Shown: positions 22,898 through 36,058 of the stretch, piece by piece | How the letters are laid out: every line of letters starts with the position of its first letter | Position numbering within the stretch: the stretch's first letter is position 1 | Translations under genes and position numbers: made by a program | The notes under the pieces: model-generated | What the model saw: the letters and a program-made list of their open reading frames with translations, nothing else | Told to the model about the DNA's origin: nothing | Databases searched by the model: none | From: Octopus sinensis | Taxonomy: Eukaryota | Reading direction: 5' to 3' | Assembly: GCF_006345805.1 (NCBI RefSeq) | Contig: NC_043000.1 | Span: forward strand, 132,122,001-132,186,000 | DNA: 64,000 nt

Positions 22898-25800
22898 TTC
22901 AAACCATATGAAATTAACTTCTTGCTTGTATGAGATTTTACAACTCTTCAAACTATGTCTAGAAAATGTGTAAATTAGTTTGAAAATACTAAGTCATATT
23001 AGTATATTTTAAATATAAAGATCTAGGTACACAAATAGGAAACAGAGAAATCACTGGCACACACTTATTTTCTCTTGTTATTTTTCCATGCCAAAATAGA
23101 AAGAAGACATAAAAGGATGAGTTTACATTTAATATCATCATGATCATCATCATTTAACATCTGCTTTCCATGCTAGCATGGGTTGGACGGTTTGACTGGG
23201 GTCTGGGAAGCCAGGAGGCTGTACCAGGCTCCAGTCTGATCTGGCAGTGTTTCTACAGCTGGATGCCCTTCCTAACGTCAACCACTCCGTGAGTGTAGTG
23301 GGTGCTTTTTACGTGCCACCGGCACAGAAGCCAGTCAAGGTGGCACTGGCATTGGCCACATTCGGATAGTGCTTTTTATGTGCCACCAGCACAGGTATCA
23401 CAACTACAATTTCCATTTGATTTTTTTTATGTAGATGTAGATGTACTTGACTCAATAGGTCTCCTCAAGCACAGGAGGTCACTCTACGATCCAAGGTAAG
23501 CACAGCAGGCCGTTCTGCGATCCAAGATACTTTGGATGGGCTGGGGCTGCTATGTGGAACTGGTGCAGGAAACAGCCATGAACTCGCGTTATTTGTTGGG
23601 TCTTCGCAGTCACAGCATATCTCCAGAGATCTTGGTCTTTCGTCATTGCCTCTGTGAGGCAATATATGGATATTAAGGCAGAAATATGGGAATGCTGAGT
23701 TAAAATGCCTTATATCCTCAGTTCAGTTTCAACCCAAGTCAATTTTACTTTTCACTTCTTTCAACCCAATAAAATCAATATCAGCCATATGAAATCAATT
23801 CAAACCATATACGATCATTCTAAAATATGAATACTACTTTCAGTTTCATTTTCTCCCTCATGTTTTACACATGAATTTTTTTTTTTTTTTCCAATTCTGG
23901 CATATGAATTGTGAGGGCAAGTATTTTACAGCAGAGTTCTGATTCTACTTCTGCTTCATGTAAACTGGAAAAAGTACTTACATTCAGCTAGATATAATAA
24001 ATAAGATTTGCCTAGAACCTTTGTATGAGGCTCTTTTCCATAAGAACCTTGTATGTGGTGCAGCATCATTACCCGTTGCTTTTTATTGCGTCTATGATTG
24101 ATTCTGAAAAGCATTTTAGTTAAAAACTATTTCACTTACCCATAGGTTCTTTGATGACATCATAATAGTCGGGGGCTTCAAGCCTGTTAACTGGTTCCAA
24201 GAATGGCCATGCCATCTTATTTGCCTAAATAAATTAGAAAACATATTTAGTATTTCTTTAAATGTAAATATTTTTGTGGTATAGTGTATAAATGACTGTG
24301 GGATTGTACCTAGAAAGTTAATCCCTGAGGCACAATTCTGGGTAAACTTATTTATGGAAGAGCAGTAATTGCCCATGCATACCAACCTCTCCTCTCCATG
24401 TCAAGGGAGAGCAAAGGCCAATACATCTTGGCATCAGTGACATTGCAACTCATTGCCACAGCTGAGTGAACTGGAGCAATGTGAAATAAAGTGTCTTGCG
24501 CAAGAACACAACACATAGCCTATCCAGGAATCAAACTTACTACCTCATGATTGCAAGCCTGATGCTCTAACCACTGAGCCATGCACCTTCACTGGTGTAG
24601 TGTACACCAAGCCAAAAGCACCAGGTAAACAAAGAGAGCAATAGTTAAAATTCTCAGCTGAAGCTATTCACTTCAATTACATTGCTAGTGTCCATGGAAA
24701 AGCCATGAATATCACAGATAATATAGATTCTTCCTTAAATATTTAATTAGACATAAAATTATATATATATATATATAATATATAAATATAGCGCAGGAGT
24801 GGCTGTGTGGTAAGTAGCTTGCTTACCAACCACATGGTTCCGGGTTCAGTCCCACTGCATGGCACCTTGGGCAAGTGTCTTCTACTATAGCCTCGGGCCG
24901 ACCAAAGCCTTGTGAGTGGATTTGGTAGATGGAAACTGAAAGAAGCCCGTCAATATATATGTATATATATATGTGTGTGTGTGTCTGTGTTTGTCCCCCT
25001 AGCATTGCTTGACAACCGATGCTGGTGTATTTATGTCCCCGTCACTTAGCGGTTCGGCAAAAGAGACCGATAGAATAAGTACTGGGCTTACAAAGAATAA
25101 GTCCCGGGGTCGAGTTGCTCGACTAAAGGCGGTGCTCCAGCATGGCCGCAGTCAAATGACTGAAACAAGTAAAAGAGTATATATATAGAGAGATAGAGGA
25201 GATACAAATGTTTACAGTATTGGGAGAAATAAAATTTTATCAACTCATCTAAAAAAAGTTTCAATCTTCTTCCAAATGACAAAAAAAAATCGATGGACAA
25301 TAGCAGCATCAAAGTATTACCTGAAGGCTGCGAAGTAAGCGCCGTAAACTGTCGTAGTCTTTGTCTGACATGACTCTTTGGGAATATTTATCCCCATGTT
25401 CATTCTTTTTACAAGTAGGGCAAAGATACGTATCCATGCTATCTGCTTCACTTTTTGTAACCCCAACACAGCGTCCATGGAACCAATCTTGGCATCGGTC
25501 ACACCCAATGTAAAACCTGGAATGGATCAAACAGATGAAATAAGTCATCATAAAAACAGAAAAGGATATAAATATTTACATAGAATTTGCACAAATGTTT
25601 CATTGATAATTATATATCTAGATTGTTTTACACAAACAGAATTATATTATTAGTACAGAATTATATTATTAGTACAGTTGTTTCACCGATTCGCTCGGGC
25701 ATCATTCCAAGCAACAGTGGCTGTTAATTCTCTTCAAGTCTTTCCTTTAACTTCAGTTAAACATTGCAGAGTAATAACAGTTTGTTACTGCTGGAATACG

Positions 25801-28800
25801 AAGAAGACATTATGAATAAAAGCATTTGTTATACAATAAGAAATATTTTATTTTAAGAGAAGTAGCCAAAAACCTGCCAAATATTTTATCAATGTAAAGC
25901 AACTGTGCAAAAATAAAACAAAAAAACAACAACATATATTACACATTTCAAATACAATAACCAAGTTTTTGACATGTAACACTAACAGAGAGAATTCCTG
26001 AAATGATTTAATCACAGCTTGTGCAATACAAGCTTGATTTATATACATACATACATGTGTGTATATATATATATATCATTGAGCCTGCTAAGGCCAAGTG
26101 GCTCATTGCAAACTTCACAATTTTGTGCACTTTTTTTTTTATATAAACAGAAGCAAATAATGAAAATTTAATATTTGGTAAACAAAACAAAAAAAAAAGT
26201 CAGTTAATTGTTATAAATGTTCAGAAATAATGAAAGAACTAATAAAATGGATGTAGAATTTCAAGATAGAAATGAAGATGAAATGCTTATGAAAGGCAGT
26301 GTTAAAAGTGAAAAAAAAAATTATAAAAGAATGTTAACTTAACCAATAATTATAGCATCTTTAATTTGAAAGCAATTTAAGGTATATAATATATGTATGT
26401 GTGTGTGTGTGTATACATATGTATATGCAGATGAGCATGACCATCCGAAATGTTCAAGTCAATGGCTGTCAGCAATGCTCATGCTGGAAGTTGAAATCAA
26501 TAACAGATTGAACAACATCGCTAAGACTTTCACCTACAAAGCCAAGTAGTCCAGAAACAAGCAAGATCAAGATCTCTGGGTTTGCAATGAGGTGGGAGTT
26601 ATTTGGGAATTTTCTTCTTCTAGAGAGTTGTCTAAACAAAGTCTAGGGTTCTCTCACTCTAGTTGAAGGATGGCCATTGACTCCGAGTTCATCTGTACTT
26701 TGACAGGTTTTGTTTTTTGTCCAGCAGGGAGTCCAACAAAAACCACTCTTCTTACCTGGTAGGGTTGCAAGTTTAAGCACTGACAATCTGACCATGCAAC
26801 AGGTTGTACAAGATTACATGTAAATACATAAGTATATGAGTGCGTGTGTGTGTGTATGTATAAATAGGCAGACATGTATAAATGTGCGTATGTGTGAAGA
26901 GAGAGAGAGAAATACTGAACAGAATATATGATAACATTTTAGTAACACTAAACTGAGAAAGAAATAAAAATAGATGAGAAGTGTATGGAAAAAGAAATGT
27001 CAACAGATTGAAATGTGTAGAATATATAGAAATCTTAAAACTGAAACATGCAGGACAATGAATAGAGAAATGAGAGCGAAATGACACAGACAACCCCAAT
27101 GATACACCACTGTAGTGATTAGGCTTTGGAGGATCCATCCTCAAGCAGCTAGAGTTAGTATACTACATGCGGACATAGACAAAATGTTTCCATCAGGGGA
27201 ATAGAGAGAAAGAGACAGACAGACTTTACAAGCAGTCACAGAATCAAAGTAAAAAAAAAAAATTGTTCTTCTGATGTGAGTTGGAGTTCCTACTTACTGA
27301 GACTTGTCATAAGGAGTTCTGCAAATGCAGTAGAGCTCTTCTGATGTATTCTCTCGATGCAACTTGCATTCATCGCACACGTAGGATTCTATGTCCTGAG
27401 CCTGCTCCTCAGAAACAGCTACACAGGCCCCGTGGAACCAATTGGAACACAGATCACAACCAATGTAGAACCTGTAGCAAAACAGAACAACCCTTCATTT
27501 ACACCAATCTTATTGCCCATCAAGGGCAGTAGGCTAGATGATAGCCAGAGAGCCAGAGAGCCAGTGGGTATATTTGTTCAAGATCTCTTGATGGTTTCAG
27601 ATAGTTTTGGAAACATTAGAGTCACCAAACTGACTGAACAAGTATAGCAAAGAGAAACAGCTATGCACATCATCCAGCAGCTTTCTCAAGTAAATGGATT
27701 ATGCAACCATCGCACAGGTCACAAGATCTAAATTTATCATGAAAAGATATTTGGGTATATGTATGCATGTTTGTGTGTGTGTAAGAGAGAGAGAATAGGT
27801 TTTAAGTAACAATATCCTTCTCTCCCCTAACTATCATGCTATTGTTTCACCATGCAGAAATCATGGTATATGTCAAAGCACCAGTTACTGATGGGAAAAA
27901 ATCGTTGTCTGAAATGCCCAGTCTACCCATTTCCTGCTACACAAAATGGCCACCTCCCATTCTCAATTTAGTTTACTATCTGCTTAGTATTACCACAGTC
28001 TGAATATTATCTCTCCAGTTTATTTACAGTTTAGGGCAAGGGAAATATGTAGTATTAGTATTTATTAAAGCTAATGAAAAAAAACATAAAATGATAAAAA
28101 CCCAATGAATTCAAAAGAAGGGAAACAATTTGTTACCATCATTCAATACAGAATAGATTTGAATGTTACTATAAAAGAATACCTGAAAATAATTGCAACA
28201 ACCAGAAAGAAACAGAAGAATAGCTACAAAGAAAGAAGCTATGCTGATGATAAATGTGTTTTAATATGGGGTAATAACACATGCAAGGATGAATAAGGAG
28301 ATGATGACAACCAATGGCAGAAGTGGAGAGAATTTTTTAAACTGCTTATCAGACAATGTTGATAATCTGAGCAAGAAAGATGCTGACACACACACATCAG
28401 CAATAATGTATTTGACTGAGATGATGCCCTGAGAAAATTCAAACCATGAATATGAAGCATGGAAAAAAATAAGTCTAAAGTACCAAGTTGATAACCAACT
28501 TACCTTGCAGAAAAAAAAAAAAAACTTTTCAAGTACATTAAATCAAAGTATAACAAACAAATACCATTTTTATATAACCTTTGTAAAAAATAAAATTCTG
28601 AAAAAAGAAGTTTTAATCTTTGTTTGCAACTGAACTCTTTTATTATGTGGCATAAATCTAACAAACCAGTAACAGATTTTGTAACTTTTACAACAATACT
28701 ACTGTTTTATGCAGATACATCACAGATTTGTCCATTAACATCATTTGCCATAATAAATGAAAATGGTAATGTTACATTCTGTTTTTCCAACCATCTCAAT

Positions 28801-31800
28801 CCAGCACTATACTAGGCTGAACTCAACTGGAAAGATGTGATGTAGTTTTAAAACTACTGCAGCTTTTTCATTGATGAGTCACTTCTTGACTACCTTAATT
28901 TGACAGCCCACATTCTGGACAATTATTGATGAGGTTAATGTTGTCAGTAAATTGACCAACAGATTTAATAATGACAGAAAACAAATGTAATATACCTTAT
29001 CGAGTACATTTGCATTAACTTTGCTAATGTGATACATATACGGCAAAGTAGTTTCACATTTGCTGGTTATACATACAAAATACATCCATGACATGTTAGA
29101 TATATTCATTTTAACTTTCTTGATGTAGAGCATAAAGTATGTGTACCGCTGCCTTACCTTTGATGGAATACTCACAAACATTGAAATATAACTGCCTTAC
29201 CTTTGTTTGCACATGCATATTCATGAAGTGCTCTCTGCAACATATTTGTTGATGTGTACTTAGACACTTGTGTATTTGTTAGTGTGCACACTGAACATTA
29301 ATTTCCCTTGTGTATACACATGAAATACATCTAAGAAATTAAGCTAATTTTTCTAATACCGATATATACAAATGGGATACACTATCCCATAGAGTAAATT
29401 ATAGTTCAGCATAAACAAATACTTTCTATACAGATTTATGGGTTGGTTTAAAAGTTACCTAAAATACTGTTTCTCATGTGTATACAGCCAGTAAGAAGGC
29501 ATTTTAGGAAAAAGGAAGAGGACAACAACAGAAGGCTTTACTTACTTTGAGTCATCATATGGTGTCTTGCATATGCAGTACAATTTTTCAGCTGGATTAA
29601 AAGATTTGCCAGTTGATATAATCTTCTGCTTCTTCTTCTTAGAAACAGTAACAGGAGCAGGAGCCGTGGGCGCCGCTACTGATGCATTTAGTGTATCATC
29701 TTTACGCCTGGCAGCAACTGGAGATGTTGCGGCAACTGCTGCTTTCGTAACGGTTTTCTTTTTCTGTTTCTTGATGCATTCATTTATTTCCATCTGAAAA
29801 TCAAAACATAAGGCAACATTTAAGTAAAACTAAAAGAGAAAACATAATTTCTAAATCAATTAAACAATAGGCGCTGAAGTGGCTGTGTGGTAAGTAGCTT
29901 GCTTACCAACCACATAGTTCCGGGTTCAGTCCCACTGCGTGTCACCTTGGGCAAGTGTCTTCTACTATAGCCTCGGGCCAACCAAAGCCTTGTGAGTAGA
30001 TTTGGTAGACAGAAACTGAAAGAAGCCCGTCAATATATATGTATATATATATGTGTGTGTGTTTGTCCCCCCAACATCGCTTGACAACCGATGCTGGTGT
30101 GTTTACATCCCCGTAACTTAGCGGTTCGGCAAAAGAGACTGATAGAATAAGTACTAGGCTTACAAAGAATAAGTCCTAGGGTCGATTTGCTCGACTAAAG
30201 GCGGTGCTCCAGCATGGCCGCAGTCAAACGACTGAAACTAGTAAAAGAGTTAAAAGAGAGTAAAGAGTAATTAGCAGAATGCAAAAGTTGCTCAAAATAC
30301 CTGAATATCATGTTGAAGATTCTTCTCCATTAATGAACGTTTACGTAAAATCTCTTTTTTCAAGGCTTCTTTTTGTTTGAAGAGCACAGCTTGAAGCTTG
30401 GAGGCAATAACACGCTTCTGCTTCTCCTCAGCACACTCTTGTTTCTTAATCCTTTTTTGTTCTACTTTCTCCTCTCTCTCAATTTTATCAAGAATATTCT
30501 TTATAGCTTGACTACACACAGAAAGGCTGCAAAATAGAATATAACAATGGATACATTAAATATGCATTCATATATTTTTATAGTATGGGCACATTGTGTA
30601 TTTTATTTCTAGCATGGGAACATTACAATGATCCTAAAAGGGGGTAGATTAACTTACTTTAGAGTCTTGCTTTTTAACTTGTAAACTAATAAACTAACAT
30701 ACCAGTTTTCAACTACTTTTCTTCCAGAAAAAAACAGTAATTTTGCATTTTTTTTTTTAGATGTAAACTATGATAAAGATTTGTCGAGAAAATTTTACTG
30801 ATCAGTTTTTCATCATCATCATTTAACATCTGCTTTCCATGCTTGCATGGGTTGGACGATTTGATTGAGGACTGGTGAACCAGATGGCTGTACCAGGCTC
30901 CACTCTTGATCTGGCAGAGTTTCTACAGCTGGATGCCCTTCCTAATGCCAACCACTCTGAGAGTGTAGCGGCTGCTTTTATGCGCCACCGGCACGGGGGC
31001 CAGTCAGGCGGTACTGGCAATGACCTCACTTGAAGAGCAAAAGGGGGTTATTAAGTAGTTTCTTTTTAAGTGCAAGCATAACCATAAAATTAAGAACTTT
31101 ACATTGCTGTTCCACTGTGAAAAACCTTATCTTCTACACAACCACAATTTGACTTGTTGAAATTGGATACACAAAAACTGTGTGGAAACCTGTCAAGTGG
31201 GCTGTACCATCAGCTGGATGGTAAAATTAACCTGCTGCTCAGTTTAACCCACCACTTGGTCCTTCAGTGTCTTTGGGTGAGTCCTCTGTTTGCAAGCATT
31301 CAGGCCAGATATCCAGCCTGAGAAGTAACTTCCTCCTTTACCCCACCACCATTCCTTACAAAAGAATCATCGGTGCTGCTCTTTCTTTTCTGAGTAAACC
31401 ACACAAAAAATTTACTAGTGAAAGCTACATATCTGAAGAGATGTTTCAACTAGTGCTGCTATCATAATACACACAAGAATAAAACAACAACCAATTTACA
31501 ATAAAGTGGAATTAATACAGTTGACTTTAACAGGAATGTAAGGCAGCACCATTTGTGGATCCCACCCCCAATTTCAACTAGTGTGCATGTGTGTGTGTAT
31601 TTAATGAGAAATTATTCAACAACCAAAAACATCTACTATAATACTCTTGTGTATTTCTCCATCACAGCATATGAATGAGAAAGGAAGGGGTGATGGCAAA
31701 CTTGGTAGTGGGGTAATGGAAGTTACATGGTGAGAAAGGAAAAAATCAAACAGCATTTCAACTTTGCATGAGTGTGAGTGTGTGCAATGGAAGTGGGATG

Positions 31801-34372
31801 GTGAACATTCAATGCTGAAAAGAAAAAAATCAAACAGTGTTTCAACTCTGTGTGAGCATATGTCTGTACAAGGGAAGTATGTGAATGCTTGTATCTGTGA
31901 TTATTTTGTACCTTATTTATATATAAAATACTACAATTAACCATAATTTTTGATGGCAAGGGGCCAGCTAGTATAAGCAATAACCTACCGAATTTGTTCA
32001 TCCTTCTGTTCTGGAGTGAGAGCTTTAGGCTTTGCTTTTGGCGTTTCTACAGCAGTAGAGACAGTATTGGTGACTATAGGGATGGTCGTACTGGTTGAGC
32101 TTGTAGCTTGCTTCAGCACCAATTGTTGAGGCAATGCACTGATAATCTTATCCTTAGATTTCCCTTGTATGGCTGCAAGAGCCTGTAAGGTAGTAATAGG
32201 TTGTGATTTCTGTGCTTGCATTTGCCGCTGATATGCCAGTAATTTTGCTTGGATCTCTGGGCTTTGGTTTTGCAGCAAAGCTTGTCGAACAACTGTGATA
32301 AAAATAAACAAAATCTTAATTTAACAGTAAAATGTTAATTTCTCTCAAACAACCTGAAATATAATTGAATAACTGAAATATAATTGAATTACTTTCCCTA
32401 AGTACAAGGTCATACACTATATAATAACAGGAGAGGATGAAGTTAATTCAACTAATGTATCAACTGAACTTTGACTATGATTAAACAAAATATATAATGT
32501 ATTACAGTAAATATAAAAAGCGAGTGATGTTAGAATACCAAAAAAAAATGGAAACGACTAATGTTTTGGACAGGTTCCTTCATTTGAAATATTATGAAGG
32601 AATATATATTATAATATATATACATTGTGGAGGCGCAATGGCCCAGTGGTTAGGGCAGTGGACTCGCGGTTTCGATTCCCAGACTGGGTATTGTGTGTGT
32701 TTATTGAGCGAAAACACCTAAAGCTCTATGAGGCTCTGGCAGAGGGTGGTGGCAACCCCTGTTTTACTTTTTCGCCACAACTTTCTCTCACTCTTTCTTC
32801 CTGTTTCTTGAGTAACGCTGTGATGGACTGGCGTCCTGTCCAGCTGGGGGGAACACATACGCCATAGAAACCAGGAAACCAGGCCCATCAGCCTGGCTAG
32901 GCTTGAAAAGGGCACATAAATAAAAAATTAAAAGAAATATATATATATATACATTATAATCACTCAGCAATACTGGACTGAGTGATTATAATATATATTA
33001 GAATTAATAGAAGCAAGATCTGGCAAAAAAGAGGGTGTTGTCAATCAAATCATCTGCAGTAAATTAAATTAAGAAATAAGTGGTATATAACTAGATACTG
33101 TGATTAGGGTCAGGGTTGATATTATTTCCATAACTCATTAAATGTATCTTATTTAATTCTTTAATAAACCATTCAAGTTCATTTATATAAGGTTCAACTC
33201 TTGTTTCTATATCATTAAGTAAAGGAGGTAAATTTTGATAATGATAATGAACTTATTGTATCGTTATTGTATTCCATATGAGTAACTTTTTCTCAGAGTT
33301 TTGTCATTTATTCCTCTCAAGTGAAGAGAAGCATGTGGAATAAAGTGTGCTGTTTAACCCTTTCATTACCGTATTTATTTTGAGATGCTCTGTGTTTCTT
33401 TCATTTACTTTAAATATAACAAAGAATTTAGTAAAATAACTTAGTTATCATTAAGCTAGTGTTAGGAACATAAATTGTGACTAAGGGTTGCTGGAAAATT
33501 TTAATTCAAAACTTATGAAAACAAGACATTTGCACTACAGAGCCAGAGGCGGTTTCTGCCGGGTTGGTAACGAAAGGGTTAAGGACCCAAATGCCAACAA
33601 TGAATTTGAACTCATAACCTGAGGTGTTAATCCACTCAACCATTTTAACATTTCATATGCAATACTAGAAACAAGAGAAACAGAAAGTTCCGTTAAAGTA
33701 AGCAAAACACACATCATCATCGTTTAACGTCCGCTTTCCATGCTAGCATGGGTTGGACCATAAGAATATAAAATAATCTTTTTTAACAATAAGAGTTAGA
33801 TACCTTGTTGCACAACTTGAGGAGTAAGTGCATATTTTGTGGTTGTTGTTGCAGTGACAGCTGCAGTTGCATGAGTTACTGTGCTGGAGGTAGTTGCAGG
33901 AGCATTAGAGCCAGCAGCCAGGGCAGTGAGAGGACGGGCTGTTGTCAAAACACTGGTGCCACCAACACTACCAGTGTTCATAATAGCAATGGGGACTGTT
34001 GTTGTACCAGGGCGACTCGTAACCACAGAAACAATAGGCTTGGCAATCACACGACTGGTTAGTGGAGAAGCTGTTAACATAGTGGTACTTGCAGGAACCA
34101 CAGTGTTGACAGCTGGACGAGATACAACAGTGGTTAGTATAGTTGTAGTGTTGGTATTCTGAGTGACTTTGGAATTAGACAAGGAAACCACTGCACTAGT
34201 GGTAACTGCAGGTGCTGTTGCAGTTGGTGTTGTTGTAACTGCAGGAGCAGTGGTTGACGCTACTGTTGCAGCTACTGTTGAAGTTGCTACTGCTACTGTT
34301 GTTGCTGGTACAGTTGCTGTTGTTGTTGTTGAAGCTGCTACTGCTGTTGTTGTTGCTGCTGCAGCTGCTGCA

Positions 34373-34429
<57 letters not shown>

Positions 34430-35980
34430 GCTGAAGCAGTTGTGGCTGTTACTGTGGTTGTTATCGTCGTTGTTGTTGTTGTTCCAGCAACATTTGGAGT
34501 GGTGCTTGGGGCAGTTGTGGTGGCAGTAACAGTTGCTTGTGTATTCGCAGCAGGGACAACAAGCCGAGTAGGCTGAGCTGTTGCACCAGCAGCAGCAGAG
34601 GTGCTAAGTAAAACGGCCTGCTGTTGTGGCCGGATGGTCACTTGTGGACGTACTTGACCAGGTGTAGTAGTTGTAGAAACAGTAGCCACAGTAGGGGCAG
34701 TTGTAGGAAGTGTTATCAATTGCAGACGGCCATCAGGAAGCCTTACTATTTGCTGACCTGCAATATTAAATAAACAATACAATTGCTGGAGTCGAAAAAT
34801 TAATTCAGAATATAACATCATTAAAAAACAAAGTACAGACACAAAACTATTCTCATGAAATATACAAAACTATAATTGTATCCTACCATCAGTATTATCT
34901 CCCTGGCAAAGAAAAATAATTTCGATGGTCCATCATCTAACCGCGAACAAGCACCATAGCATAATAAACTTACCACTGAAGACAGTGATAGCACTCCATA
35001 ATTCATAAGATCAAATCCTTGCATGAGCAGAGATCTTCCTGTGAGTTTAACCCTTTAGCTTTTAAACTGGCCATATCCGGCCAAAAGTATTCTACCTGTT
35101 TTATGTTCAAACTGGCCAGATCTGGTCTCTCGCACCAGCCCTACAATATCGTTTTAAAAATTAACAGCTACCTCATCAAAATCTCATAACTCCAAGATAA
35201 TGCCTGATTAGGTCAAGGTAATGTGGATAAAAAAGGATTAATTTTGGCAGAATAATGCGAACACTAAAGGGTTAAAAACACTAATAGGAAACCTCACAGC
35301 TATAGTTATTCATAAATCACAATGCAAACATAAATATCTTCCACAGTGAACTAACGGCCCAACAATCTATGCAGCAGTACTATTATGTGTTACTGTTTTT
35401 AATAATTCTTTTGTCTTTTAGATAATTTTTTTTTTTAATTTTTGAAAGAACAAATCATCATTATGTAGTCACTTGACAGTGAAAGAACCTCTGATGGAAT
35501 ACAAATTCTGAAACCATTCGTTTATTTCATCAGAGAAGTTTTACTACCAAGCAAAGTCTTACATTGATAATACTCTCTTTCCCTATAAAGTTATATGTAT
35601 TATGCCAAACATTAGAACTTCTACTTGAATCGTAAAAAAGTTTAGATAGAAAACTTATTCAGTGAAGTAGTAATGTAACTTGGAAGCTACTCCAATCTCA
35701 CTATCATTTTATAACAATAAAAAAAAAAGAAAAAAAACTAAATAAAACCCAAAACATACCAGGTAAGAGTCCTCGTACTTGAAGCTGTCCTTGAGGTCCT
35801 TGGATTATTTGTACATTCTGTACTTGACCAGGCATACCTTGAGCAATAACTTGTGGTCTTATCTGAACAGTAGCTGAAATGGTCAACATGTAAGTTCATA
35901 TAGTTGTTTCCTTTAACATCTTCAAAGAAAATATCAATACTAAAATCTCAGAAAATATAGATTCTGTACCAATTTGTATA

Positions 35981-36058
<78 letters not shown>

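Noticed and set aside
25636-25677. 19-bp tandem duplication upstream of a PHD exon acceptor
   Set aside because: Simple slippage, more than 100 nt from the splice site
33805-34576. Plus-strand Val/Ala/Leu-rich ORFs
   Set aside because: Antisense shadows of the BPTF trinucleotide-rich exon
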